DNA of 64,000 bases. It comes from an uncultured Alphaproteobacteria bacterium. GTDB lineage: Bacteria > Pseudomonadota > Alphaproteobacteria > HIMB59 > GCA-002718135. A program made the position numbers and the translations under genes. Every line of letters starts with the position of its first letter. Positions within the stretch are counted from its first letter, which is position 1. Below the pieces are notes generated by a model. That model searched no databases. It was not told the origin of the DNA and worked only from the letters and a program-made list of their open reading frames with translations. Shown piece by piece: positions 30,621-40,923 of this stretch. The stretch is taken from contig CACOPD010000001.1 of the NCBI GenBank assembly GCA_902628835.1, forward strand, positions 185,715 through 249,714, written 5' to 3'.

Positions 30621-32387
30621 TTAGCGGGAGGTTAGTTTTAATTCAATCCTTCTATTTTGTTGAAGGTCACTTTCAGTTTCTCCATCACTTATGGGGTAAA
30701 ATTCTCCATATCCTGCTGATGCCAGTCTATTTGGAGGAAATCCAAGGTCAAGAAGAAGTTTTAATACTGTGTTGGCTCTAGCTGAAGATAATTCCCAATT
30801 GGATGGGTATCTAATTGTCTGTATAGGTCTTTTATCAGTATGACCTTCCACCATTATAATCCAGTCAATATCTGATGGAATATCATTAGTTGTTTCTTTT
30901 AAAGTGAGACCAATTTCACTTAACTTTTCTTTTCCAGATACTTGTAAATCTGCTGAAGCAGAATCAAAAAGAAGCTCTGACTCAAAAATAAATCTATCTC
31001 CAACAATTTTAATGTCTTTTCTATCACCTAAAATTGATTGTAATTTTCCAAAAAACTCTGATCTATATTTTTGAAGTTCAAATACTTTAGATGTAAGAGC
31101 CTTGTTTAATTTTTCACCAAGTACCTCTATTTCTAAATCTTTAATCAAAGCCTGACTTTCACTTGCCTCTAGAGCACTATTTAGTAATGCTATTTCTTTT
31201 TGTAAGGTATCAATTTGATTTGAAAGAATTTCTACTTGTTCTAAGGTTTTTGAAGCCTGTATTTCCATTTTTTCAATCTCTTCAAGAGAAGTTTCTTTTT
31301 GTATTTGCTTCTCTTCTTCTAATGAAACAATTTGATTTTGGAGAAGCTCAAGTTTTTCAAGTTGCTTTTTTTGTTTTTCTTCGGATAAAGAAAGTACATT
31401 ATTTAATTCAGATATTTTTCCACGAAGATTAAAAATGGTATTATCTTTCTCCAGCAGGTCTTTATTTAATCTAGCTAACTCTTCATTTTTGAACCTAATT
31501 GCATCGAGTTGTTCATTAAGTGATGCATCTTTTAAACCAAGACTATCGTTTATTTCTAAAAGATCATTCATCAGTTCTTGATATTGAGATATCTGACTTT
31601 GCAATTCTTCATCTCTTAAAGATAATTCAATATTTGTTTTCTCTAATTCCTTATTTAAACTTAGTAATTCCTCATTTTTGTTTTTGATTGCAAATAATTG
31701 CTCTTCAATTCCTACATCCTCTAGGCCCAAACTTTCATTAATTGCAATTAAATTGTTATTCTTTTCATTTAATTCTGCAATTGTAGCTTTAAGAGATTTC
31801 TCACTTTCTATTAGTTTAAAATTGGTATTATCTAATTCTTGATTAAGTATTTTAAGTTGATCAATTCTTGTTGCTAGTGCTTTATTAATTCTTTCTCCCA
31901 AACCTTCCGTTTCAAGTAAAGCAATTTCTTGTCCTTCATAAGTTTCTAAAGCATTTGCAACAATTCTTAACTCTTTTAGGAGACTGCTAATTTGGTCTGA
32001 TAAAGCAATAATATTTTGCTCTTGGACAAATAGTTCTGATCGTTTTTTTGCAACATCTGTTTGTAATTGTTCACTTAATAATTGTTCACTTTGTAAACTT
32101 AATTGAGTATCTTCAAGTTGTTTCTCGGTTTCTGAGAGAGTTGAGAGAGCTTTCTCTTTGTCCTTAGTTTCAATTACTAATATTTTTGAAAGTTCATTAA
32201 TTTGTGATCTTAAATCTTGTAGTGCTTTATCTCTTCCCGATATTGCATCACTTAAATATATTTGTGAAACTGTAAAAACCATTAAAACAAAGATAATAAC
32301 AATCAATAATGTTGCTAAAACATCTACAAAACCTGGCCAAATATTTGTTGTATCAGCAAGTCTATTTCTTAAAGACCTAATAGACAT
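30621..32387 (-). CDS. MotB/OmpA-family peptidoglycan-binding protein with a long coiled coil
   Basis: WPGFVD TM motif, about 400-aa coiled coil, C-terminal EGHTD..NWELSSARA..NRRIE OmpA domain. Confidence 0.9.
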   Translation of the reverse strand: MSIRSLRNRLADTTNIWPGFVDVLATLLIVIIFVLMVFTVSQIYLSDAISGRDKALQDLRSQINELSKILVIETKDKEKALSTLSETEKQLEDTQLSLQSEQLLSEQLQTDVAKKRSELFVQEQNIIALSDQISSLLKELRIVANALETYEGQEIALLETEGLGERINKALATRIDQLKILNQELDNTNFKLIESEKSLKATIAELNEKNNNLIAINESLGLEDVGIEEQLFAIKNKNEELLSLNKELEKTNIELSLRDEELQSQISQYQELMNDLLEINDSLGLKDASLNEQLDAIRFKNEELARLNKDLLEKDNTIFNLRGKISELNNVLSLSEEKQKKQLEKLELLQNQIVSLEEEKQIQKETSLEEIEKMEIQASKTLEQVEILSNQIDTLQKEIALLNSALEASESQALIKDLEIEVLGEKLNKALTSKVFELQKYRSEFFGKLQSILGDRKDIKIVGDRFIFESELLFDSASADLQVSGKEKLSEIGLTLKETTNDIPSDIDWIIMVEGHTDKRPIQTIRYPSNWELSSARANTVLKLLLDLGFPPNRLASAGYGEFYPISDGETESDLQQNRRIELKLTSR

Positions 32388-32389
32388 TA

Positions 32390-33415
32390 TTATTTTTTAA
32401 TTTTCTTTAATTCTTTTTCAATATTCTGAAAATATTCTTTTATTTTTTTTGCTTCTAACATTCCATTTTTACTTAAGGCTTCTGATAAATTCATAAGTGA
32501 AGACTGTGTGTTTAACTGGGAAGATAAAAAGTTTGATAGTTGTTTATCAAGATTGGATGAATTCGAATTTATTTTATTAAGTATTTCATTAAATTTATCT
32601 AAATTTTTTGAAATTTTAGTTTGATTTTCTGATGATTTTTTAAAAGCATTTAAAAGATTTTCTAAATTATCATAAATTTTTTGTATTGCTTCACCAGTTG
32701 GTTTATCTTCAACTTTAGAAAAATCTGGTGATGAATTAGAATTCAGTATTTTCTCAAAGTATTGACTAAATTTATTTTGAGCTTGACCAAGATTTAGATC
32801 AAGTAATCCTAATATTAGAGAACCAGCTAAACCCAACAATGAACTACTAAATGCAATACTCATTCCTTCTAGCGGGGCATTTAATCCATCTTTAAGAGAA
32901 TTAAAAAAACCTGCAACATTTGTATCATCTATACCTAGGCCACTAATAACATTTCCGACAGATCCAATAGTTTTAAGAAGACCCCAGAAAGTTCCAAGGA
33001 GTCCTAAAAAGACAAGCAATCCAACTAAGTAACGAGAAGTTTCTCTTATGCCTATCAAAGTCATATCTGAATTTTCTATCAATCTATTAATTGATGAACT
33101 TTTAAAAACAAATTTTCCATCAAGATTTTTTAATTCAAGAGAAATATTTTTGTCCTGCCCTCTTAAATTTGAAAATGCTTCTATAGAATTAGTAATATTG
33201 AAATTAGAGTAAGACATATATTTATCATTTAAATTAATTAGGTGAAAAAAATTAAATGCAATTCCAGTTAATAAAGCTAATAAAATTATAATATTAATAA
33301 AGATATTTGATAAAAAGGCATTTTGTAAAACTGGGTATAATAATACAACAATAACAAATGTAGCGACTAAAAATATTGATGCTCTAATAATATAATTGTT
33401 AAGTGATTGTGCCAT
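32390..33415 (-). CDS. MotA/TolQ/ExbB proton-channel family protein
   Basis: LVFLGLLGTFWGL and GMSIAFSSSL TM motifs; adjacent to a MotB-like gene. Confidence 0.85.
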   Translation of the reverse strand: MAQSLNNYIIRASIFLVATFVIVVLLYPVLQNAFLSNIFINIIILLALLTGIAFNFFHLINLNDKYMSYSNFNITNSIEAFSNLRGQDKNISLELKNLDGKFVFKSSSINRLIENSDMTLIGIRETSRYLVGLLVFLGLLGTFWGLLKTIGSVGNVISGLGIDDTNVAGFFNSLKDGLNAPLEGMSIAFSSSLLGLAGSLILGLLDLNLGQAQNKFSQYFEKILNSNSSPDFSKVEDKPTGEAIQKIYDNLENLLNAFKKSSENQTKISKNLDKFNEILNKINSNSSNLDKQLSNFLSSQLNTQSSLMNLSEALSKNGMLEAKKIKEYFQNIEKELKKIKK

Positions 33416-33465
33416 AAATAAAAGATTATATCACCTGAGTTTGAAATTCAATAAATATAAAGTGC

Positions 33466-34650
33466 TTAGTTGTAAATATAATTTCTCGTAAGAGGCAAAT
33501 TGTTAATATTCTTTGCTATTTGTATTTGAAAAACGACATTACCCATATTTACAAAAGAGTACTTACTTGCTAATAGATAAAATTCCCACATTCTAAAGAA
33601 ACGTTGATCGAACATATTTATAATTTTATCTTTATTTTCCATAACATTTTGATACCAACGTGTAAGAGTATGAGCATAATGTAGTCTTAATACTTCAACA
33701 TCAGTGACATTTATATTAAGTTTTTGTGTTTCTTTTATTACTTCAGATAGTGATGGAATATAACCTCCTGGAAAGATATACTTTCGTATCCAAGGACTCG
33801 TAGCAGTTGGTTTACCCCTTTGGCCAATTGTATGTAAAAGAAAAACTCCGTTCTGTTTCAAAATATTATTAACTTTACTGAGGTATGTTTTAAAATATTT
33901 AATTCCAACATGTTCAAACATACCAACAGATACTATACGATCATATTTTTCTGTTTCATTTCTATAATCTTGTAAAGCAAATGTAACTTTATCACTTAAG
34001 CCTTCTTTTTGTGCACGTTCAGAGGCTGTATTAAATTGATTTTCTGAAAGCGTAATTCCTTTAACTTTAGCTCCAGTAGATTTTGCTATTTCTATTGCCA
34101 TACCGCCCCAACCACATCCAATATCAAGAACATTCATATTTTTATCAATTTGCAGTTTTCTGATTATATGTTGTTTTTTATCTTTCTGTGCTTGTTCCAA
34201 GCTTATGTTAGGATTATGAAAATAGGCACATGAATACTGCATATCTTTGTCCAAAAACAGTTTGTATAAATCTTCATTTATATCATAGTGATGTGCAACA
34301 TTATTTTTTGAATTATCAAGCTGATTAATCTGCTGAAGGGGCATAAAAATAGAAGATAAATATTCGTAAAATTTATAAAATTTGTTGTTTGAAATAAAAT
34401 CATCGTAACATTTAGTAATTAGGTTAAGAAATTCTTCTATGGTTCCCTTTTCAATAATTAAGTCTTCATTCATATAAGCTTCACCAATATGTAAATTAGG
34501 ATTAAAAAAAAGTTTTCTTTCAGTAGATTTGTTTTTTAATCTAATACGAACGTATGGATTTGAGCTTCCAAATTTATAAATTTTATCACTAGAGTCAATT
34601 ATTTCTAATGTTCCGTCAAAATTTAGTTTTTTCAGTACACTAAATAACAT
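33466..34650 (-). CDS. cfa: Cyclopropane-fatty-acyl-phospholipid synthase family methyltransferase
   Basis: HHYD, QYSCAYF, LDIGCGWG, VSVGMFEHVG, YIFPGG. Confidence 0.92.
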   Translation of the reverse strand: MLFSVLKKLNFDGTLEIIDSSDKIYKFGSSNPYVRIRLKNKSTERKLFFNPNLHIGEAYMNEDLIIEKGTIEEFLNLITKCYDDFISNNKFYKFYEYLSSIFMPLQQINQLDNSKNNVAHHYDINEDLYKLFLDKDMQYSCAYFHNPNISLEQAQKDKKQHIIRKLQIDKNMNVLDIGCGWGGMAIEIAKSTGAKVKGITLSENQFNTASERAQKEGLSDKVTFALQDYRNETEKYDRIVSVGMFEHVGIKYFKTYLSKVNNILKQNGVFLLHTIGQRGKPTATSPWIRKYIFPGGYIPSLSEVIKETQKLNINVTDVEVLRLHYAHTLTRWYQNVMENKDKIINMFDQRFFRMWEFYLLASKYSFVNMGNVVFQIQIAKNINNLPLTRNYIYN

Positions 34651-34736
34651 GATTTTAATATTTTAAGAAAATCGTTACTTATGTCAATAACTCTAAATAA
34701 TTAACATTAGTTAAAAAATAATTTGAAGAGTTAGAC

Positions 34737-34961
34737 TTAAGCAGCAATGCGACGATTTTTTTGAGCTTCTTTTTCCTTTTTAAGCTCTTTCTCGTCAATA
34801 TAAGCAACATCACAGTGATTCTGACAGTAAGGCTTTCCGGCAATTGTATCAGCTTCACAAAAATGGAAGTCTTTTTCTTGTGGATCACCAATTGGCCATT
34901 GGCAACTTGAGAAGCTATGCATGACACTGTTTTGTTTAAAATAGTTTTTTAATATAGACAT
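34737..34961 (-). CDS. Stand-alone GcrA C-terminal domain protein (74 aa)
   Basis: CQWPIGDP..KDFHFC.....GKPYCQNH..VAY matches the GcrA C-terminal Cys/His motif; no N-terminal domain visible upstream. Confidence 0.8.
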   Translation of the reverse strand: MSILKNYFKQNSVMHSFSSCQWPIGDPQEKDFHFCEADTIAGKPYCQNHCDVAYIDEKELKKEKEAQKNRRIAA

Positions 34962-35120
34962 AATTTTTTATATTTATTAATTTCGAGGTAGTTTATATTT
35001 ATGAAAAAACCAGTATTCAATATCAAATATAAAAAAGTTGTTAATTATCAATATGTTAGTATCTTAATCTTTTTGACCTACTATATGTTGATGTCTAATT
35101 TTTAAAAAAAACGAATCGGT

Positions 35121-35303
35121 TTATCTAAAAAACAAAATTGCAAATAAAATTACCACAAAAAATGAATAGGATTTTATTACAAAACTTTTAGTTAATTTAG
35201 ATTTTGGAGGTTTTCTTAAATATATAAAGAAAACAATAGTGCTCCAAAATAATAATAGTATTACCCAACCGGTTAAAAATGCATAATAAAAATCTACGGA
35301 CAT
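35121..35303 (-). CDS. Small two-TM hypothetical protein
   Basis: 60 aa, two hydrophobic helices with a basic loop; co-directional with msrA. Confidence 0.6.
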   Translation of the reverse strand: MSVDFYYAFLTGWVILLLFWSTIVFFIYLRKPPKSKLTKSFVIKSYSFFVVILFAILFFR

Positions 35304-35321
35304 CTATTGTAAAAAATTAAT

Positions 35322-35783
35322 CTATACAGTGCAATGCAAACCAGTTTTTTGAATATATTTTTGATGATATTCCTCAGCTTTGTAAAACTGTTTAGCTTCT
35401 GATATTTCTGTAACAATATTTAGTCCTGAACTCTTGGTATATTCATTTTTAGAATTAATAGATTTAGTTTTTTGGTCATTGTTGAAGTAATATATTGCTG
35501 ATCTATATTGAGTCCCAACATCTGGACCTTGTCTATTTAATGTGGTGGGATCATGACATTTCCAAAAAACTGAAAGAAGTTCTTCAAAAGATATTTTGGT
35601 ATCATCAAATTCAACCAAAACTACTTCAGTGTGATTTGTATTTCCTTGGCAAACACTTTCATAAGAAGGGTTGATTGTATTTCCACCTGAATAGCCAACT
35701 AATGTTTTTATAACACCAGATGTTTTACGAAAAGTTTCTTCCACACCCCAAAAACAACCAGCGCCAAATAAAGCTTTTTCCAT
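35322..35783 (-). CDS. msrA: Peptide-methionine (S)-S-oxide reductase
   Basis: GCFWG, RQGPDVGTQYRS, AEEYHQ. Confidence 0.97.
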   Translation of the reverse strand: MEKALFGAGCFWGVEETFRKTSGVIKTLVGYSGGNTINPSYESVCQGNTNHTEVVLVEFDDTKISFEELLSVFWKCHDPTTLNRQGPDVGTQYRSAIYYFNNDQKTKSINSKNEYTKSSGLNIVTEISEAKQFYKAEEYHQKYIQKTGLHCTV

Positions 35784-35823
35784 AATGATAAATATATATG
35801 TAATATAAAATATATCAATTTTT

Positions 35824-36405
35824 ATGAGCTCAAAATTTAAAATTTTAACTAAAAAAATTATTCATAATGGTTTTTTCAAAATGAATGAGATTACTCTAAA
35901 ATATCAAAAATATGATGGAAAGTGGAGTAATGAAATAAAAAGAGAATTGTTTGGTGGTGCTCAAGTCTCTGCTGTTTTGCCTTACGACCCACATAATAAA
36001 AAAATAGTTTTAATTCAACAGTTTCGACCAGGAACTATCTCTAGAAATAGTGATAATTATCTTGATGAAATAGTTGCTGGAATAATAGATAAGGATGAAA
36101 CTCCTGAAGAAACGGCAATTAGGGAATGTTTCGAAGAAACGGGATGTAAGGCTAAAAAACTTAGAGCAATACAAGGTTATTTCCCAGCACCAGGTTCTTC
36201 AGAGTCTTTCTATCATCTTTTTTTGGGTGAAGTTGTTGCACCAAAAAAAGAGATTATAAAAGGTCTGGAAAATGAGAATGAAGATATTTTAGTAAAGAGT
36301 TATAGTTTTGAAGAAGTAAAAAAGAAGATGGAAAATAATGAAATCCTAAATGGCCTTACATTAATTGCACTACAATGGTTTTTTCTAAATATTTATAAAT
36401 CTTAA
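35824..36405 (+). CDS. NUDIX hydrolase, ADP-ribose pyrophosphatase-like
   Basis: Nudix box AGIIDKDETPEETAIRECFEETG, QFRP, ENEDI. Confidence 0.9.
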   Translation: MSSKFKILTKKIIHNGFFKMNEITLKYQKYDGKWSNEIKRELFGGAQVSAVLPYDPHNKKIVLIQQFRPGTISRNSDNYLDEIVAGIIDKDETPEETAIRECFEETGCKAKKLRAIQGYFPAPGSSESFYHLFLGEVVAPKKEIIKGLENENEDILVKSYSFEEVKKKMENNEILNGLTLIALQWFFLNIYKS

Positions 36406-36737
36406 GTGCCAACACCCCTTTGATATGGTTGAACTAATTCCTTACAAATTAAATTCATATCAAGAGTTTCGACATTTTCATCAATTGTTTGGTATTCTTG
36501 ACACTCGTATATTTCTTGATCTTTTTGAAGAACAGTAACAAATAAAATAATAGTTAGACCATTCACAACTTCTATATCGCTTATAGCATAACTCTTTACT
36601 TCAAATCCCTCGTTAATAAGATCCTTGTATGATTTTTCTGACTCCAACCATTGATCAATATTTGGATTGGCAAATAATTGATTAGAAAATAGTGTAAATA
36701 CAGAAAATAAAAAGATAGTTAGTTTTTTCTTAGCCAT
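36402..36737 (-). CDS. Hypothetical exported protein
   Basis: Signal peptide, acidic mature region with two Cys. Confidence 0.65.
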   Translation of the reverse strand: MAKKKLTIFLFSVFTLFSNQLFANPNIDQWLESEKSYKDLINEGFEVKSYAISDIEVVNGLTIILFVTVLQKDQEIYECQEYQTIDENVETLDMNLICKELVQPYQRGVGT

Positions 36738-37261
36738 TCTAAAACTTCACTTATATGTTTATTAGGAGGAAAAATAGGGTAGAATACTTTTTTAACAATA
36801 TTTTTTTCCACAATTAGAGTAATTCTTTTAAAATAAATTTTATTTTCATTTGTGAAATTAGGAATACTTAGAGCATTCATTAAAGAATAATCTGAGTCAC
36901 TTAAAACATCATATGGGATAAGTAATCTATTCGTCATTTCGTGAATATCTTCTACTGTTTGAGTAGATATACCAATAGGTATTGCATTTAATTTAATAAG
37001 CTCTTCATAATTATCCCTAAAGGTACACGTTTCTGATGTACAACCCGTAGCTCCTGGAATTTGTTCCCAATTTTGAGGTAAGCTTTTATTTGGATTTCCT
37101 GTCATTGGGTAAAAATACAATATTAATCTAAAAGTATCTGATCTTTTTAAGTTAAGCAGATTTCCTTGTTGATTCTTGATGGAAATTGAAGGCAAATGTT
37201 TACTCAATAGATGACTTGCCTTTCCATCATCTTTAGGTCTAGGAAATTTTGCGTAATCCAT
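36719..37261 (-). CDS. Peroxiredoxin (Bcp/PrxQ-like)
   Basis: YFYPMTG, PGATGCTSETCTFRD, YPIFPP. Confidence 0.88.
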   Translation of the reverse strand: MDYAKFPRPKDDGKASHLLSKHLPSISIKNQQGNLLNLKRSDTFRLILYFYPMTGNPNKSLPQNWEQIPGATGCTSETCTFRDNYEELIKLNAIPIGISTQTVEDIHEMTNRLLIPYDVLSDSDYSLMNALSIPNFTNENKIYFKRITLIVEKNIVKKVFYPIFPPNKHISEVLEWLRKN

Positions 37262-37309
37262 ACTAATTTGTCTTGTATAATCAAAATCTATATATCATAA
37301 GATACTTTT

Positions 37310-38248
37310 ATGACTCAAATTAAACCTTTATCTAGCATGCAAACTCCTCGCTTTGCTGATGTTGCAACGTTTTTTCGATTACCTATAGTTAAAGATTTAA
37401 ATAAATTAGATTATTGTATATCTGGAGTTCCATGGGATGGTGGAACAACTAATAGGCCGGGCGCAAGACATGGTCCGAGAGAAATTAGAAATGCATCATC
37501 ACTGGTAAGACTCTATCATCCAGTCTCACTGAAGAGTCCTTATGATAAATTTAATATTGCAGATATTGGCGATTGTCCTGTAAACCCAGCAGATCTTCAA
37601 GATAGTTTAGAAAAAATTGAAAAATTTTATGAAAATATTTATGCATCTAAAACAATTCCGTTGTCAATAGGAGGTGATCACTTAGTTTCCCTTCCTATTT
37701 TAAGAGCTATTGCGAAAAAAAAACCATTGGGTTTATTTCAGTTCGACTCTCATTCTGATACTTGGGATACATATTTTGGAGGATTCAAATATACTCATGG
37801 CACACCTTTTAGACGAGCTATCGAAGAAAATCTTATTGATCCAAAAAAATATGTAATATTAGGACTTAGAGGTGCATTATACGATCCAAATGATTTAACA
37901 TGGGCTAAAGAACAAGGTGTAACGATCATTACTATAGATGAATATTATGAAATGGGTTTTAATAAATGTATTGAAAAAATCTATTCCATTCTAGGTAACA
38001 CAGATGCTTATTTTACTTTTGATATAGATGGCATTGACCCTACTTTCGCTCCAGGAACCGGTACACCAGAAGTTGGTGGTTTTAATGTGAGGGAAGCTCA
38101 AACAATTATAAGAGCTCTAAATAAATTAAATTTTGTTGGTGGTGATGTCGTAGAAGTATCACCACCATTTGACTCTAATAATATGACTTCACTTGTTGGA
38201 GCAACAATTGCTTTTGAAATTCTTTGTACTATGACTAAAGTGAATTAA
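37310..38248 (+). CDS. Agmatinase/ureohydrolase family protein
   Basis: GARHGP, GGDH, DSHSD, DIDGIDP, APGTGTP Mn-binding motifs. Confidence 0.9.
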   Translation: MTQIKPLSSMQTPRFADVATFFRLPIVKDLNKLDYCISGVPWDGGTTNRPGARHGPREIRNASSLVRLYHPVSLKSPYDKFNIADIGDCPVNPADLQDSLEKIEKFYENIYASKTIPLSIGGDHLVSLPILRAIAKKKPLGLFQFDSHSDTWDTYFGGFKYTHGTPFRRAIEENLIDPKKYVILGLRGALYDPNDLTWAKEQGVTIITIDEYYEMGFNKCIEKIYSILGNTDAYFTFDIDGIDPTFAPGTGTPEVGGFNVREAQTIIRALNKLNFVGGDVVEVSPPFDSNNMTSLVGATIAFEILCTMTKVN

Positions 38249-38262
38249 ATTATAAATATTAA

Positions 38263-39447
38263 ATGCAAAATTCATTTAGATGGTATGGCCCTAATGATCC
38301 TGTTAAATTAACTGATATAAGGCAAGCTAATGCAGAATATGTTGTTACGTCACTTCATCAAATTCCTTGTGGTGAAAAGTGGAGTAAAAATGATGTAAAA
38401 AAAAGAATAGATTACATTAATAAAAATAATAATTCTTATAATGTCAACTTAAAATGGAATGTTGTTGAAAGCATTCCTGTACATAACAATATAAAATTAA
38501 GAACTAAAAACTTTAAAAAATTAATAAGTAATTACAAAGATACAATAGCAAATATTGCTTCAAACAATATTCATACTATTTGTTATAATTTTATGCCAAT
38601 AGTAGATTGGACAAGAACTCAACTAGATTTTAAATTACCTACAGATGGATTGGCCTTAAAATTTAATTATTTACAAATAATTATATTTGAAATGTATATT
38701 CTCAAATTAAAGAATTTAGAAAAAAGATATACGAATAAACAAATCAAAAATGCAGAAAAACTTTTTAAGTTAATGAAAACAAATGATATTAAAAATTTAA
38801 AGCTGGCAGTGATGGGTGGCTTACCTGCCTCAGAAACAAAATATTCGGTTAATGAATTTAAAAAAATGCTTGGTGCTTATAAAGATATGAATAATACAGA
38901 TATAAAGCAAAATTTAAGAGAATTTATTAAGGAAATCATGCCTATAGCAGAAGAAAATAATGTTAAAATGGGTATACATCCAGATGATCCCCCTATTCCA
39001 CTTTTTGGTGTACCAAGAATCGTATCTACTATGGATGATTACCAATATATATTTGACTCTTATAATTCTCCATGTAACGGAATGACTTTTTGTGCAGGAT
39101 CATTAGCATCAAATTTTTATAATAATGTTTATAAAATTTTTAATAAATTTAAAAAAAGAATTAATTTTATCCATCTTAGAAATGTAAAAAAAGAAAAAGA
39201 TAGAAAGAGCTTCTATGAATCAAACCACTTAAATGGAGACGTTGATTTTGTTAGATTAATAAAGTTGATTTTAGAAGAAGAAAAAAGAAGAAGTAAAAAT
39301 AAAAAAATTGATATACCAATGAGACCAGATCATGGTCACTCATTATTAGATGATCAAAATAAAAAAGATTTTAATGCGGGATATACTGCAATTGGAAGAT
39401 TAATGGGTCTTTCTGAATTACGTGGTATAATAAAAGCTGTTATTTAA
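38263..39447 (+). CDS. uxuA: Mannonate dehydratase
   Basis: RWYGPND, VESIPVH, CYNFMP..DWTRT, HPDDPP, MRPDHG. Confidence 0.95.
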   Translation: MQNSFRWYGPNDPVKLTDIRQANAEYVVTSLHQIPCGEKWSKNDVKKRIDYINKNNNSYNVNLKWNVVESIPVHNNIKLRTKNFKKLISNYKDTIANIASNNIHTICYNFMPIVDWTRTQLDFKLPTDGLALKFNYLQIIIFEMYILKLKNLEKRYTNKQIKNAEKLFKLMKTNDIKNLKLAVMGGLPASETKYSVNEFKKMLGAYKDMNNTDIKQNLREFIKEIMPIAEENNVKMGIHPDDPPIPLFGVPRIVSTMDDYQYIFDSYNSPCNGMTFCAGSLASNFYNNVYKIFNKFKKRINFIHLRNVKKEKDRKSFYESNHLNGDVDFVRLIKLILEEEKRRSKNKKIDIPMRPDHGHSLLDDQNKKDFNAGYTAIGRLMGLSELRGIIKAVI

Positions 39448-40873
39448 ATACTAAGTTGCTTAAAAAATGACTTAATGTATCTTTTTTTATTTGATTTATA
39501 TTATTAAGAATATTTCTTTTCAAATTTATTTTCTGATAGTCACTTAAATCAAAAATATTTTTCTGATTAAGCAAATTTAGAACGAAATTCTCATTATCAT
39601 TTTCATAAGTATTTATTATAAAATCTTTATTTGAATCAGATAATTTACTTTTATTATTTACAATCATATGTTGTAAAAAAAGAATCCATGATGTGATTAT
39701 TGCATCAATATATGGTGTTTTATTTTTATTTTTTTTATAAGTATCTAAAAGTCTTATGGGAATTTTTAATGACCCATCCATTGCAATACGTATTAATCTA
39801 TCCTCAATATATGGATTTTTAAAACGACTTAAGACGTCATTTTTATAATTTTTGATATCAAAATTATCTGTATTTTTAAGAATTGGGAGAACTTCTAGCT
39901 CTAAAAATTGAGATATAAAATTGAAACAGAGTTTATCAGCCATTGCTTCATGCACATAAGTATGTCCTAATAATATTCCAATATAAGCTAATGAAGAATG
40001 AGCTCCATTCAAGATTTTTAGTTTTATATTTTCATAGAAGTTAATATTATTAACGAAACTTATATTTTTATTATTTAGTACTTTTTTGAGTTCTATATTA
40101 TCAGATTGAATATACCAATCCCTATATGGTTCAGTAACAACAATCGAATTATCCTCATAAGGAATGTTAAAAAATTTTGAATTCTTATTATTATGAGGGA
40201 CAATTCCATCTATCATGGATAGGGGAAATTCTACGTTGGAGAGAAACCATTTTAAGCATTGAGGATATATTTTAATTAAAAATTCATATATTAATTTTTT
40301 AAGAATATTTCCATTTTCAATTAAATTATCACAGCTCAGAATAATTATTTTTTCTTTATTTAATTTAAATCTCTCAATTAACCCAAAAGAGATATGGCCA
40401 ATAACTGTATTCAAGTTTTTATCTTCAAAATCATTTATTATATCCTCTGAATAGTTTAATTTTTTATTTTTATCAAAATGGTATCCTTTTTCAGTTACAG
40501 TCAAAGTAATTAATTTTATATCTGAAGACGCAATTAAATTCCTAATTTCCATTTTATCTTTTTTTCCAAATAAAATTTTTTTTATTGGATTAAGAATTTT
40601 TATATCCTTAAAACCTTCTGATATTCTCACTAATGTATAAAAATAGTCTTGTTTAATTAACTTTAAGTTAGTATCATTTGATCTTAAATTAACACCAATA
40701 ATTGAAATATTTTGATTATTTTCTAAGAGCTCATGGATATATAACGCTTGATGGGCTCGATGAAAATTTCCAACTCCAAAATGTAATATGCAATTCTTTT
40801 TTTTTTCTATATCATAAGTTGGAAAAGATTGTTCTGTTAATAAATTTATATTTATATTTTTTCTTAATTGCAT
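39440..40873 (-). CDS. uxuB: Mannitol-dehydrogenase family, fructuronate reductase-like
   Basis: HFGVGNFHRAHQ, TVTEKGY, SCDN, KLKILNGAHS; lies between uxaC and uxuA. Confidence 0.8.
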   Translation of the reverse strand: MQLRKNININLLTEQSFPTYDIEKKKNCILHFGVGNFHRAHQALYIHELLENNQNISIIGVNLRSNDTNLKLIKQDYFYTLVRISEGFKDIKILNPIKKILFGKKDKMEIRNLIASSDIKLITLTVTEKGYHFDKNKKLNYSEDIINDFEDKNLNTVIGHISFGLIERFKLNKEKIIILSCDNLIENGNILKKLIYEFLIKIYPQCLKWFLSNVEFPLSMIDGIVPHNNKNSKFFNIPYEDNSIVVTEPYRDWYIQSDNIELKKVLNNKNISFVNNINFYENIKLKILNGAHSSLAYIGILLGHTYVHEAMADKLCFNFISQFLELEVLPILKNTDNFDIKNYKNDVLSRFKNPYIEDRLIRIAMDGSLKIPIRLLDTYKKNKNKTPYIDAIITSWILFLQHMIVNNKSKLSDSNKDFIINTYENDNENFVLNLLNQKNIFDLSDYQKINLKRNILNNINQIKKDTLSHFLSNLVFK

Positions 40874-40923
40874 ATTATTAAATAAAATATACTTTAAGTA
40901 AAGATGATCAATAAAATTTATAT

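Noticed and set aside
30621-33415. Zorya anti-phage system (ZorA/ZorB)
   Set aside because: The long coiled coil is on the MotB-like subunit rather than the MotA-like one, no ZorC/D/E is adjacent, and the context is housekeeping
34701-34714. CtrA site near mini-gcrA and cfa
   Set aside because: TTAA-N6-TTAA rather than N7, and TTAA is very common at this AT content
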